A stretch of 64,000 nt of DNA, taken from positions 224,001 through 288,000 of the forward strand of contig CAWDXG010000001.1 of the NCBI GenBank assembly GCA_963806225.1, in the 5' to 3' direction. This document shows, in pieces, positions 8,974 through 19,577 of the stretch. The stretch is from an uncultured delta proteobacterium (GTDB lineage Bacteria > Myxococcota_A > Polyangia > Polyangiales > Polyangiaceae). The position numbers and the translations under genes are program-made. The notes below the pieces were generated by a model. The model saw nothing but the letters and a program-made list of their open reading frames with translations. It ran no database searches and was not told where the DNA came from. How positions within the stretch are numbered: the first letter of the stretch is position 1; the number at the start of each line of letters is the position of its first letter.

Positions 8974-9906
8974 TCAGGGCTCGAAGTCCGACGGAGGCGG
9001 CGACTCCGGCTTCTTCGGCGGCGGCTTGGTCGCCGCGGGAGGAGCGCCGCCGTGGTGCGGAGGCGGATGCCAGTGCGGCGTCTTCTTCTTCTCTTCTTCC
9101 TTCGCCTCCCCCGTTTCGGCGGGTTCCGCCGGTGCCTTGAACTGGCCGTGGTCGGTGGTGATGGCGTCGGTGAGGCGCTTCGCCGTGTCCCCCGCCGTGT
9201 CGGTCACCTGATCGGCGCGGGCGACCATCAGCGTGATCATGCTGTCCGCGTCCTTCAGGTTCTTCTTCACCTCGGCCTTCTTGCTCAGCCCGCCCTTGCG
9301 GAAGACGGTGTCGATATTGGCGTTCAGGGGGATTGCCTGCGCGCGCAGTTGATCGAGCAGCCTGCGGCTCTTCTTCATCTGCGCCGCCAGCTTCGTCTCG
9401 TGCTCGATGGCGTCCTTCACCGCGTCCGCGAAGGTCTTCGCGTCGCCGGCGAGCTTGCCGCCGCTGACCTCGAGCTTGGGCGACTCCTCGTCGTCGTCTT
9501 CGGGAACCGTGACCTTCAGACCGACGCCGCGCTTCTCGAGCTTCTCCGCTTCCTTCTTGACCTTGCGCGCGAGCATCGAGGCCGAAGCGTCCGCGTCGAT
9601 ACCGAGCGTCTTGGCAAGCTTGGTCCGGATCGCCTTCTCGGAGTCCGGCGCCTTTGCCATCTCGACCTGGAGGTCGTAGAGCTGGGAGAAGTACTGGTCG
9701 TAGTCGGGGTTGCCGGCGACGTACTTGTGCCCCTGGCCGACGGACGAGGGACCGGGGCTCCCGAACAGGAAACAGCCCGGCTGGGTTGCCAGCACGACCA
9801 GCGTTGCCGGAGCGGCGGCGGTCGCTAGCAGCGTCGCCGCAGTCGACGCGCCCCGGCGCAGTCGGTGTTTGAGGGTTGTGCGATTGTTGCGAGTGTTCAC
9901 GGGCAT
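8974..9906 (-). CDS. Hypothetical coiled-coil lipoprotein-like protein
   Basis: Basic N-terminus, hydrophobic stretch ending QPGC, Lys-rich helical body, Pro-rich tail; start uncertain. Confidence 0.65.
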   Translation of the reverse strand: MPVNTRNNRTTLKHRLRRGASTAATLLATAAAPATLVVLATQPGCFLFGSPGPSSVGQGHKYVAGNPDYDQYFSQLYDLQVEMAKAPDSEKAIRTKLAKTLGIDADASASMLARKVKKEAEKLEKRGVGLKVTVPEDDDEESPKLEVSGGKLAGDAKTFADAVKDAIEHETKLAAQMKKSRRLLDQLRAQAIPLNANIDTVFRKGGLSKKAEVKKNLKDADSMITLMVARADQVTDTAGDTAKRLTDAITTDHGQFKAPAEPAETGEAKEEEKKKTPHWHPPPHHGGAPPAATKPPPKKPESPPPSDFEP

Positions 9907-12053
9907 GACAGGGCTGCTCCCCAGAGCTCGAGTCGTCTTCCCTGGGTGATCAGGAAGAGCGAGATGGCCTTTCCGCCCCGCACCCATACTACGCCCTGGC
10001 CCGCGTTGGCTTCCTTTGGTGACACTGTAATCGGCGGCCCGGCCGGTGCGAGATCGGCGCCGAGGGGCTGCACGCGCACTTCGTGATGCCCTCTGGAGCC
10101 CTCGGTCCACTGCAGCAGCCAGTGATCGTCACCAAGACCGGCCGCGGCGGGCGAGATGGCCTCGTCGCCCGGACCCCCGGCGGGGATGGCGAAATCCTGC
10201 GATCCGCTCGGCGCCTCGCCGTTCGGCGCCGCGGCCAGTCGCACGCCCCACTCGGCCTGGCGATCGTCGCGGGAGGCGAAGACCACGAGGATGCTCTTCT
10301 TGTTGGCCGCCACCATCGGCGTGCCCAGGAAACGGCCGCCGCTCACCGGGGACAGCGCACTCTTCCGCGCGCCATCCGGGCCCAGCCAGCCGACCAGCAC
10401 CTGCCCGGACTGCCCGCCGCGCCGGAACGCGACAGCGTGCTCGCCGGCGGGTGTCGTGGCGACGCGGATCTCGGTCATGTGTTCGCCTGTGCCACCGGGC
10501 CATAGCACCTGCGGTTGGCCGCTTCCGACCACCCGCGCCAAGCCCGTGTCCGACATGCCCAGCATGAAGGGCGGCTTGGCGTCTACCGTGCGCGCGAAGC
10601 CGAGCGGCCCATCGCTGCGGGTCACGGCGAAGCCAATCTTGCCCGAGGCGGTTGTCGGCACGACGCCAAGAAGCGGGCTGTGGCCGTTGCGGGCGAAGGC
10701 GCGGGCCACCGACAGGGTGGTGGGACCCACGAGCAGCCCGAGCGCGCTCGTGCGGCTGGCTGCGACGCCGACCGCCACGCGCGAGCCATCCGGCGTGGAC
10801 GCGATGTACGGCGGAATACTGCGCAGGATGGAGCTGGCCAGGCGGTGGGCGGGCAGGGTGAGCGTGCACGCCTGGCGGGGGCTCGCCGAGGCCGTCGCGC
10901 TTGCTCCGACGCTGCCGGCCGTGCGCAGCGGGTTCAGCTTGTTGCTCCTCGTGGCGAGCAGCACCACGACGATGACACCCAGTACGAGAGCGAGCGCGCC
11001 GAGCCCGACCAGGGCAACGGGGAACCGCGCGCCTCCAGCTGGCGTGGCGGGTGCGGGGGTCGGCGCTGCCGCCGGCGCCGGGGCGGTGACGGGAGGACCG
11101 GGGCTCGCGTTGGGCTCCGAGGCGGCGTCGAGCTCTGCGCTCCAGGAGGGCAGAGCCTCGGGCGGGACGAGCGGCGCCGTCGCGGCCCGGGGTCCGGTCG
11201 GCAGCTCGGAGGGCGGAGCGACGGGCCCCGCCTTGTCGGCGGACCCCGCGGCTTTCGCGAGACCTACAGGGGCTTCGGCCGACTCCTGCGTGCGAGCCAG
11301 ATCCTCGACCTTGGGCGCGGGCTCCGCCTTCGGCTGCTCGGTTTCGGCTTGCGGTGCCGCGTTCGCTCCCGGAGCGACTCCAGGCCCGGTCTCCGCTTCC
11401 GCTTCTGCCTCGACTTCCCGGATCGCGATTTCCGGAATCGGCGTGTCAATCGGCGAGGCGGCGCGCTTCGGCTCTTCCGGAATCGAGGAGATGCGGGGTC
11501 GCATCGGCACGCCGCGCGGCGGCGGAGGAACTGCGCCGGGCGGCCGCAGCGTCATCGAGGACGGCGCGACGGGCTGCTCGATGAGCGTCGGCATCGGCCT
11601 TCGAGCCGGCGGAGGAGGTGGCGGTGGGGGCGTGCCCGCGGCCTTCCCCATCAGCGAAGCTGCGGCCGACACACCACGGCCCGCGCTGGAACCGGCGGCC
11701 GGTGGCGGCGGAGGAACCGTGGCTGGGCTCGGGGGCCTGCGGGAGCCGAGCAGTTGGGAGGCGGCTTGGCGGGTGCGGTATCGCTCGTACTTCTCGAGCG
11801 GCGGTGGAGGCGCCTCGGTGCGGGCCTCGTCGACCTCCGGTTCAACCGGGGCCTCGCGGTGCTCGCTGGGCACTGCCGAGGAGAGCTCGGCGACCTGACA
11901 CGCCGGCAGCCACTGGGCCCAGCCCGCCCGCCACACCAGCGTGTAGGCCGGCAGCGCACCGGTCGACAGCGAGGAGACCAACTCCCACTCGTCGATGGGC
12001 TTCTGCGCGCCGTCAACGTCGACCCAGCGCCAGTCCTCGGCCTCGTCGCTCAA
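9897..12053 (-). CDS. GYF_2/DUF4339-like N-terminal domain, Pro-rich linker, single TM helix and extracellular beta domain
   Basis: WRWVD...TLVWRAGWAQWLPACQVAEL (GYF_2-like) and TM segment VALVGLGALALVLGVIVVVLL. Confidence 0.7.
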   Translation of the reverse strand: MSDEAEDWRWVDVDGAQKPIDEWELVSSLSTGALPAYTLVWRAGWAQWLPACQVAELSSAVPSEHREAPVEPEVDEARTEAPPPPLEKYERYRTRQAASQLLGSRRPPSPATVPPPPPAAGSSAGRGVSAAASLMGKAAGTPPPPPPPPARRPMPTLIEQPVAPSSMTLRPPGAVPPPPRGVPMRPRISSIPEEPKRAASPIDTPIPEIAIREVEAEAEAETGPGVAPGANAAPQAETEQPKAEPAPKVEDLARTQESAEAPVGLAKAAGSADKAGPVAPPSELPTGPRAATAPLVPPEALPSWSAELDAASEPNASPGPPVTAPAPAAAPTPAPATPAGGARFPVALVGLGALALVLGVIVVVLLATRSNKLNPLRTAGSVGASATASASPRQACTLTLPAHRLASSILRSIPPYIASTPDGSRVAVGVAASRTSALGLLVGPTTLSVARAFARNGHSPLLGVVPTTASGKIGFAVTRSDGPLGFARTVDAKPPFMLGMSDTGLARVVGSGQPQVLWPGGTGEHMTEIRVATTPAGEHAVAFRRGGQSGQVLVGWLGPDGARKSALSPVSGGRFLGTPMVAANKKSILVVFASRDDRQAEWGVRLAAAPNGEAPSGSQDFAIPAGGPGDEAISPAAAGLGDDHWLLQWTEGSRGHHEVRVQPLGADLAPAGPPITVSPKEANAGQGVVWVRGGKAISLFLITQGRRLELWGAALSCP

Positions 12054-12158
12054 CGGTTGCTCTCCATGGCGAGGGGCAGGTTGCCCCGCTCGCTCTTCGC
12101 ATTTCGAGCAGAATTCGGCAATCGCCGCCTGAGCCCTGCTGGTTCGCCGGACCGCTTG

Positions 12159-12833
12159 TCAGCGCCCCGCCCGGCCCGCCTGTGCGAGCGCCACGACTCC
12201 TGCCACGCGGGCGCCCTGGGCCGAGAGCGACTGGATGCACGCGATGACCGTGGCCCCGGTGGTGACGACATCGTCGACCAGCACGACGTGCCGCCCGGCG
12301 AGGGCCCGCACGTCCCGTACGGCGAATGCGTCCGCGACGTTGCTCCAGCGCTGCTCCCGCGTTCGACCGACCTGGTGATCCGTGGCGCGGAGCCTCTGCA
12401 GGGCGAGCGGCGCGAATCCGAGGCCGTGACGGTGCGCGAGCTGCCTTGCCAGCAGCGCCGACTGGTTGTACCCGCGCTCGGCGAGCCGGCGTGGGTGCAG
12501 CGGAACGGGAACGAGCACGCTGCCGGGCTCTGGATGGAGGCGCCCGAGCGCGGCGTCGGCCAGCGCAGCAAGCTGCGCCGCGAGATCCGGACGGGCGCCG
12601 TATTTGAAACGCTGGACCGCGTCCGCCAGCGGCCCCGCATAGGGCACCGCGGCGACTGCTGGAATGCCGTCGAGCAACAGCCCGGGAGGAGGAGACAGAT
12701 CCGCGTGCGCGCTGCAGGCTGCACACAGCACACTTCCGGGCGCCACGTCCCGGTCGCACGCCACGCACGCGCGGGGTGCGAGCAGATCGAGCAGACGGGA
12801 CAGCAGTCGCCGGAATGCGGCAGAGCGCGGCAT
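12159..12833 (-). CDS. comF: ComF family protein (zinc ribbon plus PRTase fold)
   Basis: CVAC..CAAC, FKY, VPVPLHPRRLAERGYNQS, VVLVDDVVTTGAT. Confidence 0.9.
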   Translation of the reverse strand: MPRSAAFRRLLSRLLDLLAPRACVACDRDVAPGSVLCAACSAHADLSPPPGLLLDGIPAVAAVPYAGPLADAVQRFKYGARPDLAAQLAALADAALGRLHPEPGSVLVPVPLHPRRLAERGYNQSALLARQLAHRHGLGFAPLALQRLRATDHQVGRTREQRWSNVADAFAVRDVRALAGRHVVLVDDVVTTGATVIACIQSLSAQGARVAGVVALAQAGRAGR

Positions 12834-12917
12834 GCCGACCTGCTCGGTGCGGCGCGCCGGCCGGTTGTCACTGGCGTGGCGCGTGCGGGCGCTTCGCGCC
12901 CCGTGGAGCCAACGGAC

Positions 12918-13277
12918 TCAGCTCCCATCGCTTCCCGCGTCCTTCCCGCCCGCGCCGCATGCCAGGGCGGGGCTCCTGCCGACTTCGCGGTAGTGCGAAA
13001 ACGCGCAGGTCCCCCAGCCGTACTCGCAGCTAACCGTGCACGACCCCTGGCACCGCTTCCACTTGTCGTAGGCGCTCGTGAGCGCCTTGTCGCACGCCTG
13101 CGCGTCCTGCGAATCGATGATGCTGCTGTAGTCCAGCTGGCACAGCGGAAAGCAGTGGCAGCTGAAGTCCTGCAGTCTTTGGCAGGCGGGGTCGCTTGTG
13201 CTCGCTTCGCAGCCACTAGCGAGCACGACCACCAGCAGAGCGCCAAGCAGAGCAGCAAGAAGACCGCGACAGCTCAC
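12918..13277 (-). CDS. Small cysteine-rich lipoprotein
   Basis: Lipobox LASGC followed by about 10 Cys. Confidence 0.65.
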   Translation of the reverse strand: MSCRGLLAALLGALLVVVLASGCEASTSDPACQRLQDFSCHCFPLCQLDYSSIIDSQDAQACDKALTSAYDKWKRCQGSCTVSCEYGWGTCAFSHYREVGRSPALACGAGGKDAGSDGS

Positions 13278-13334
13278 CCCCGCACTCTACACCGTCAGGG
13301 TCCCGGCGCGCTCGCCCGTGGCCGGCGGGGTTTT

Positions 13335-14183
13335 CTAGAATTCCAGTCGGGCGCGGAACCCGAGACCGGCGGATGCCCGGGGCGCGGGCGGCGGAACAGG
13401 GCCCGGCCGCTCCTTGATGCTGGTGCGCGAGACCAGGTACATCGTCAGGCCGCCTACGACCAGGGCTCCGCCCGCCGCGTACATCGGGATGACGAGCTTG
13501 GGCTTGTCGATACCCGCGGGTGCGTCGCTGCCGCTGATCAGGATCACCGTGGCAGCCAACACGGACAGGACGCCGACGCCGAGCGTCAGGGTGCCCACGC
13601 CGCCGAGGCCCGACGAACCGGGACTCACGTCGAGCACGGCTGGCTGGGTCCCGACGCGCAGCAGATGGTCGGCCCGGCTCACGTCGTCGTTCTCGACGGC
13701 CACGATGTAGGCGCCGGGGGGCAGCTCCAGGGTGATCGGTGCGGTGCCGACCCGCTTGAACTCGTAGTCCGGCGGCGCGCTGCCGTCCGGCAGAGCGCGC
13801 CCGACGTACACCTTGGCCAGCTTCGAGGTTTCCACGGTGACGCGCGTACCGGGGCCGAAGGGTTGGAGATTGGCGGCGGCGCCGTTGACGATCGGGGGCT
13901 GGGAGGGGGGCGCTGTGCTCGCAGCGGGAGCCGGCGCTGTGCTCGCAGCGGGAGCCGGCGCTGTGCTCGCAGCGGGAGCCGGCGCTGTGCTCGCAGCGGG
14001 AGCCGGCGCTGTGCTCGCAGCGGGAGCCGGCGCTGTGCTCGCGGTCGGCGGATCGGCAAGGGCCGGCGTTGCGGGTATCGAAAGCATCGCCGACAGCAGC
14101 AGCGCTGAGGTCGCCGCGCGGGGACGGCGTCGGGTCAACCGACGCCCAGCAGCTTGTTCATCGACAGCTCGTCCGCTGGCGTG
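13335..14183 (-). CDS. Hypothetical exported/membrane protein with ASTAPAPA repeats and a PEGA-like segment
   Basis: Signal-like ALLLSAMLSIPATPALA, repeat block, VGTAPITLELPPGAY (PEGA-like), two C-terminal hydrophobic helices; start uncertain. Confidence 0.6.
   Translation of the reverse strand, partial: HASGRAVDEQAAGRRLTRRRPRAATSALLLSAMLSIPATPALADPPTASTAPAPAASTAPAPAASTAPAPAASTAPAPAASTAPAPAASTAPPSQPPIVNGAAANLQPFGPGTRVTVETSKLAKVYVGRALPDGSAPPDYEFKRVGTAPITLELPPGAYIVAVENDDVSRADHLLRVGTQPAVLDVSPGSSGLGGVGTLTLGVGVLSVLAATVILISGSDAPAGIDKPKLVIPMYAAGGALVVGGLTMYLVSRTSIKERPGPVPPPAPRASAGLGFRARLEF
13910..14042. repeat. 24-bp tandem repeat (GCGCTGTGCTCGCAGCGGGAGCCG), about 5.5 copies
   Basis: Nucleotide-identical units encoding ASTAPAPA on the minus strand. 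Confidence 0.95.
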
Positions 14184-14533
14184 AACGGATACTGATCGAA
14201 CTCCGCGCTGGAAACCCATTTGAAGGCGTTGACGTTCTGTTCGGTGGGCTGCCCGCCGGTCAGACGGCATTCGTATAGGTACAGATCGACGACGTAACGT
14301 TCATACGGGTGGCTGACGAAGCTGATCAACTGCCCTGGATCCACCGCCACGCCGAGCCGATGCTTGACCTCGCGCTGCAACGCGTCGCCGTCGGTTTCGC
14401 CGTCCTCGACGCGCCCGCCCGGGAACTCCCACAAAAGCGGCAGCACGGCTGCCGGTCGCCGCTGCGTGATGAGATACCGCCCGTCGCGCTCGATCACGGC
14501 AGCGACGACGCGGATGGTGCGGGGCGAGGTCAT
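14135..14533 (-). CDS. MutT/NudG-like Nudix hydrolase
   Basis: IRVVAAVI...LITQRR...LWEFPGGRVEDGETDGDALQREV Nudix box...PADE. Confidence 0.88.
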   Translation of the reverse strand: MTSPRTIRVVAAVIERDGRYLITQRRPAAVLPLLWEFPGGRVEDGETDGDALQREVKHRLGVAVDPGQLISFVSHPYERYVVDLYLYECRLTGGQPTEQNVNAFKWVSSAEFDQYPFTPADELSMNKLLGVG

Positions 14534-14552
14534 ACGGGCGGAGCCGCGACTC

Positions 14553-15581
<1,029 letters not shown>

Positions 15582-15723
15582 GGATGGCCTCCTGGGCGCC
15601 CCGCGCGGCCAAACGTCTGCCCGCGCCAGCGAAAAATTCCCTCGGTAAGCGCGCGATTATCCACGGCTCCCGTCAAGGGTCAAGGATAGCGGTTAGAGCC
15701 TCGACCCGGGTCAAGATGATCGC

Positions 15724-16332
15724 TCAGGATGCGAGATAGGCCAAGGCCTTGCGCAGCAGCTCGGTGAGCGAAAGTTCTGCGATATTCTCGGCTCCCAGTG
15801 CCTTGATCGCCTTGTCGGCCTCGGCGGGCCGGTAGCCCATGTTGGTCAGCGCGGCCGCCAGTTGCTGGGCCGTGTCCCGGGCACCCCGGGGCGCCGAGCC
15901 CGGCTGATCCGCGTGGGCTACCCGCGGCAGCTTCTCCTTGAGCTCGAGCACCAGGCGCTCGGCGCTCTTCTTTCCGATACCTGGGATCTTGTTCAGGCGA
16001 GGCAGATCGCCCGCGTGCACCGCGCGGGAGAGCTCCGGCGGCGGCAGCGCGCTCAGCACGTTGAGAGCGGTCTTCGGTCCCACGTTCGGGACGCCAAGCA
16101 GCAGCCGGAACACGCCCCGCTCCACTTGCGACGCGAACCCGAACAGCTCGAGCGAATCCTCCCTGACGTGCGTGTGCACGAACAGCACGACGCTGTCGCC
16201 GCTTCCGCCCGCTTGCGCGCGACCCACCGCGCCGATCGGTGTGGCCACTTCGTAGCCCACGCCGTTCACGTCGAGCACGATGCTCCCGTCCGGCTCTTCA
16301 ACGACGATCCTTCCCGCGAGGCGCCCGATCAT
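15724..16332 (-). CDS. ruvA: Holliday junction branch migration protein RuvA
   Basis: MIGRLAG, DVNGVGYEV, HVREDSLELFGF, two HhH motifs (VPNVGPKTA, IPGIGKKSAERL), ALTNMGY. Confidence 0.95.
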   Translation of the reverse strand: MIGRLAGRIVVEEPDGSIVLDVNGVGYEVATPIGAVGRAQAGGSGDSVVLFVHTHVREDSLELFGFASQVERGVFRLLLGVPNVGPKTALNVLSALPPPELSRAVHAGDLPRLNKIPGIGKKSAERLVLELKEKLPRVAHADQPGSAPRGARDTAQQLAAALTNMGYRPAEADKAIKALGAENIAELSLTELLRKALAYLAS

Positions 16333-16435
16333 GTGTGGGTCGGGAGCGTAGCGCTAGTCGCTGCCGGTGCCTCGCGGTTTGTGTCCTGGGGGTGGCCTGC
16401 TTCCGCCGGGCACCCTCGCGTGCTAGCCGAACGCC

Positions 16436-16723
16436 ATGCAGTCTGGACACGACACCTGCCGGCTTCCGGCTTCCAGCACCCGAGCGTGCCTCTTCTGCGC
16501 GGTTGTCCTGATGATGTCGGCGGGTTGCGGCGGATCATCCAGCGAGACGCCGCCGCCGCTCGAGCCTGCGCCCGAGGCGCCGGCCGCGGGCAGCCCCGCG
16601 CCGGCCAAGCATCACGTGGTGCAGCAGGGCGGTCCGGCCGATACGGCAGGGCCCCCGCAGGCGGGAACAGAAAAGGGGGCGCCGGCCGCCACCTGGGGCA
16701 CCGGCGGCGCGCCGGGTCGCTAG
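16436..16723 (+). CDS. Small Pro-rich lipoprotein
   Basis: AVVLMMSAGC lipobox followed by GGSSSETPPPLEP; start uncertain. Confidence 0.5.
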   Translation: MQSGHDTCRLPASSTRACLFCAVVLMMSAGCGGSSSETPPPLEPAPEAPAAGSPAPAKHHVVQQGGPADTAGPPQAGTEKGAPAATWGTGGAPGR

Positions 16724-17670
16724 AAGGCTCCGCTGACCGACAGCCCCGCGTAGCCCCGGCCCAGCTCGGGGGTCACCACAGTGTGGCGTTTCGGTGTGTC
16801 GAGCGCGCTGGTGTTCTGCTCCGGCGGCGAGAGCAAGTACCAGACGACTCCGCCGACGGCGATCACACCGCCGGCGATTCCGACGCCGCCCCAGACGTTT
16901 CGTCCCGTGTTCGCACTGTCCGACTCGGCTTTCACCGTTGCCGGGTCCACGCCTTTGGGGCAGGCGTGCGCCACTGGCTTGCCGCTGGCGTCCGTGCCGG
17001 GGGGGCACTTCTTTGCGGCGTCCTGGAACTTGCCGTTCTCGACGAGGAAGCCAATGAGTCCAGCGATGCCGACAGCGCCGCCGCCGCCCGCCACGATCAA
17101 CGGCAGGATCGGACGCTTGCCGCCGCCGGTCGTCGGCGGGGGTGGAGCGCCGCTGCTGGTGGCGGTGGTCGACGCGCTCGCGCCGGCAGTGCCCGTTCCG
17201 GCCGGCGCGGCCGCGGTCGGCGCCTGCTTCTCCTTGGCGATCTTGTCCTCGAGCACCTCGATGCGCTTCTGGATCTGGTCGATCTGCGGCGAGTTGGGCT
17301 TGCGCTTGATGTACGTCTTCAACGCGTTGACGGCGTCGGGCTTCTGTCCGTTGAGCTCGTAGGCGCGCCCGAGATTCAACAAGAGGGCCGCGGCCGTGCA
17401 GTCGCGGCGGAAGGCGTCTTCCCAGTACGTGATCGCGCGTGCGTAGTCGCCCTCGTTGAACGACGCCTGCCCCGCCTGGAACGCGCCTTTCGCGCCGTTC
17501 ACGTCGGCTTCGGTCGGCTTGGTCGTGCACTCGGGGTACTGCTTGGGCTGCTGCTGGGCAAAAACCGCCGCCGGCGCGACGGCCAGCGTGATTCCCAGAA
17601 GCCACGGCTTCAGCGACCTGCGCATTCTCAAGGCTCCTCCAGAAGGCTCGACCAAGTGCGCGGATAGCAT
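16720..17670 (-). CDS. Exported TPR protein with C-terminal hydrophobic segments
   Basis: Signal peptide APAAVFA; GDYARAITYWEDAF, LLNLGRAYELNGQKPDAVNALKTYI. Confidence 0.75.
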   Translation of the reverse strand: MLSAHLVEPSGGALRMRRSLKPWLLGITLAVAPAAVFAQQQPKQYPECTTKPTEADVNGAKGAFQAGQASFNEGDYARAITYWEDAFRRDCTAAALLLNLGRAYELNGQKPDAVNALKTYIKRKPNSPQIDQIQKRIEVLEDKIAKEKQAPTAAAPAGTGTAGASASTTATSSGAPPPPTTGGGKRPILPLIVAGGGGAVGIAGLIGFLVENGKFQDAAKKCPPGTDASGKPVAHACPKGVDPATVKAESDSANTGRNVWGGVGIAGGVIAVGGVVWYLLSPPEQNTSALDTPKRHTVVTPELGRGYAGLSVSGAF

Positions 17671-17837
17671 AGAGGTATGGCCTGTCTATCTCAAACCTTT
17701 CGCGCTCCGGCGCGCGGATGATTTCCCGGGGTTCCGGCCGCTGCTTGGCTCGCGGGACGGCGCCCGATACGCGATAATCCCGCTGCTTCGAACTCGCTGC
17801 TTGTCCCCGACGCCGATCCGGGGGCATCTTCCAGGCG

Positions 17838-19577
17838 GTGAACCGAGGCGCTCGTCGAAGCTGGGGGCTCTGGCTGGTGGTCGCCGTCGCGCTGGCCGTG
17901 GGAGCGCCTACGGCCGCGACGGCCCAGGGCCGACGTGACGCGGTGTCGCGGAAGCTGGAGTCCATCCGCCAGCAGATGGAGAAGGGACAGGGGCTCTTCG
18001 TCGCGGGCAGGTACGCCGACGCCGCAGCCGTGTTCGAAGCCGGGTTCAAGCAGTCTCCGTACTCGGCGTTCCTCTTCAATGCAGGTGTCTGCTACCAGAA
18101 GATGAACGACGTCGACCACGCGCTCGCGAAGTTCCGGCAGTACGTCCAGGTTGACCCCACGGCGCCCGACATCGACAAGGTCAAGGCGCGAATCGCGAAG
18201 CTTGCGGCTGCGCAGGCGCCCCCGCCCGCTTTGCCCGATGCCGGAGCTCCGGCCGCACCCGAGGCCGGAGCGGTGGCAGGCGACGCCGGTGCGCCACCGG
18301 GTGACGCCGGTGCGCCGCCAGGCGACGCCGGGCCTGCGCCGAGGGATGCTGGCCCACCACGGAAGCCCGTCGACCTTTCCGACGATCAGAACTCGATGAA
18401 ATCACTAGTGGTTGTCGAGACGGATCCAGCGGGGGCTCCGCTCGAGCTCTACGCCCGCACGCGCGATTCCGCCGCGGCGTTCCACGCGGGCGGGGCCAAT
18501 CCAGGTTGGAAGAAGGTGGCTGCCGCCGCCTCCCCCGCGAACTTCACGCTCGACGTAGGCCGCTACCACGTTGTCGTGAACAAGTTCCGCGACTTCAACA
18601 GGAGCGAGACCGACATCGACGTTTCGCCCGGACACGTCTACCACTTCAAGGCGAACCTTTCCCAGGGCGCCTTCATGTCGTTCCTGCGCGTCTCCGCGAA
18701 CGTGCGCGGAGCGCACATCTACCTCGACGACAAGCAGAAGAAGCACCCGGAGTGGGGGGTCACCCCGTTCGGGGAGCTGGTCACGCCCGGCAAGCACTCG
18801 ATCCTCGTCGAAGCGCCCGGCTTCGAGCCGCTGCTCCTACCCATCGTGGTCAAGCACGGGCAGCAGAAGGAGGTCGAGGCGAAGCTGGTGCGGGTCGGGT
18901 ACGGCTACATCCGTGTGACCTCCAACGCGGCCGAAGCAAGGGTCAGGATCGACGAGAAGCCGGTGGGCTACTGGAGGAGCGGCGAGCCGCCCTTGAGGGT
19001 CAAGGCTTCGTCCGGGCGGCACAGGCTCACGATCAGCGCTTCCGGGCGCAAGACGTTCGAAGGCGACGTCGTCGTGCCGCGCGGCCAGGTGCTGCCGGTG
19101 ACCGCGCGCATGATCCCGAAGTACCCGCGCGGTACGGCGTGGACGCAGGCGGTGATCGGGGCCGCGTTCATCGGCGCGAGCGCCTACTTCGGGGTGGAAA
19201 GCAATCGCCTCTACGACGCGGTCCAGGCCGATCGCAAAGCCGGCGTACTGGAAGAAAGCGACAGCCGTATCACGCGCGGCCGCTGGTACTCGATCGGCGC
19301 CGATGCCGGTTTCGTGCTCGGGGGCGCCCTGGGCGTGCTGGCCACCTACAACTTCATCAAGGATCCGCTTCCTGATTCGAGCATCAAGAAAGGCAAGCCA
19401 GCCGAATTCCCGGACCCAAAGAAGGCGCGCCCGTCGGCGCTGGTCCCCGGGCGCCGCGCGCGGCGCTTCGCGCGCGGTCGCCATCCGTCTCCGCCGAGGC
19501 AGCCCGCGCCGTCCTTCACCGTGGGTCCGATGCTTGGGCGACGCGGTGTCGGGTTCGGTCTGGGAGGGAGGTTCTGA
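17838..19577 (+). CDS. TPR plus PEGA-domain exported protein
   Basis: GRYADAAAVFEAGF, FLFNAGVCYQKM (TPR); GVTP...PGKHSILVEAPGFEP and GRHRLTISASGRKTF (PEGA-like). Confidence 0.8.
   Translation: MNRGARRSWGLWLVVAVALAVGAPTAATAQGRRDAVSRKLESIRQQMEKGQGLFVAGRYADAAAVFEAGFKQSPYSAFLFNAGVCYQKMNDVDHALAKFRQYVQVDPTAPDIDKVKARIAKLAAAQAPPPALPDAGAPAAPEAGAVAGDAGAPPGDAGAPPGDAGPAPRDAGPPRKPVDLSDDQNSMKSLVVVETDPAGAPLELYARTRDSAAAFHAGGANPGWKKVAAAASPANFTLDVGRYHVVVNKFRDFNRSETDIDVSPGHVYHFKANLSQGAFMSFLRVSANVRGAHIYLDDKQKKHPEWGVTPFGELVTPGKHSILVEAPGFEPLLLPIVVKHGQQKEVEAKLVRVGYGYIRVTSNAAEARVRIDEKPVGYWRSGEPPLRVKASSGRHRLTISASGRKTFEGDVVVPRGQVLPVTARMIPKYPRGTAWTQAVIGAAFIGASAYFGVESNRLYDAVQADRKAGVLEESDSRITRGRWYSIGADAGFVLGGALGVLATYNFIKDPLPDSSIKKGKPAEFPDPKKARPSALVPGRRARRFARGRHPSPPRQPAPSFTVGPMLGRRGVGFGLGGRF

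Noticed and set aside
13910..14042. CRISPR array
   Set aside because: Repeats are directly adjacent with no spacers, lie in frame within a CDS, and no cas genes are present.
10515..14108. Long antisense and alternative-frame ORFs (e.g. 1197 aa here; also 26255-28258 and 15862-17667)
   Set aside because: Arg/Gly/Ala-rich shadow ORFs expected at this GC content, overlapping better-supported genes.
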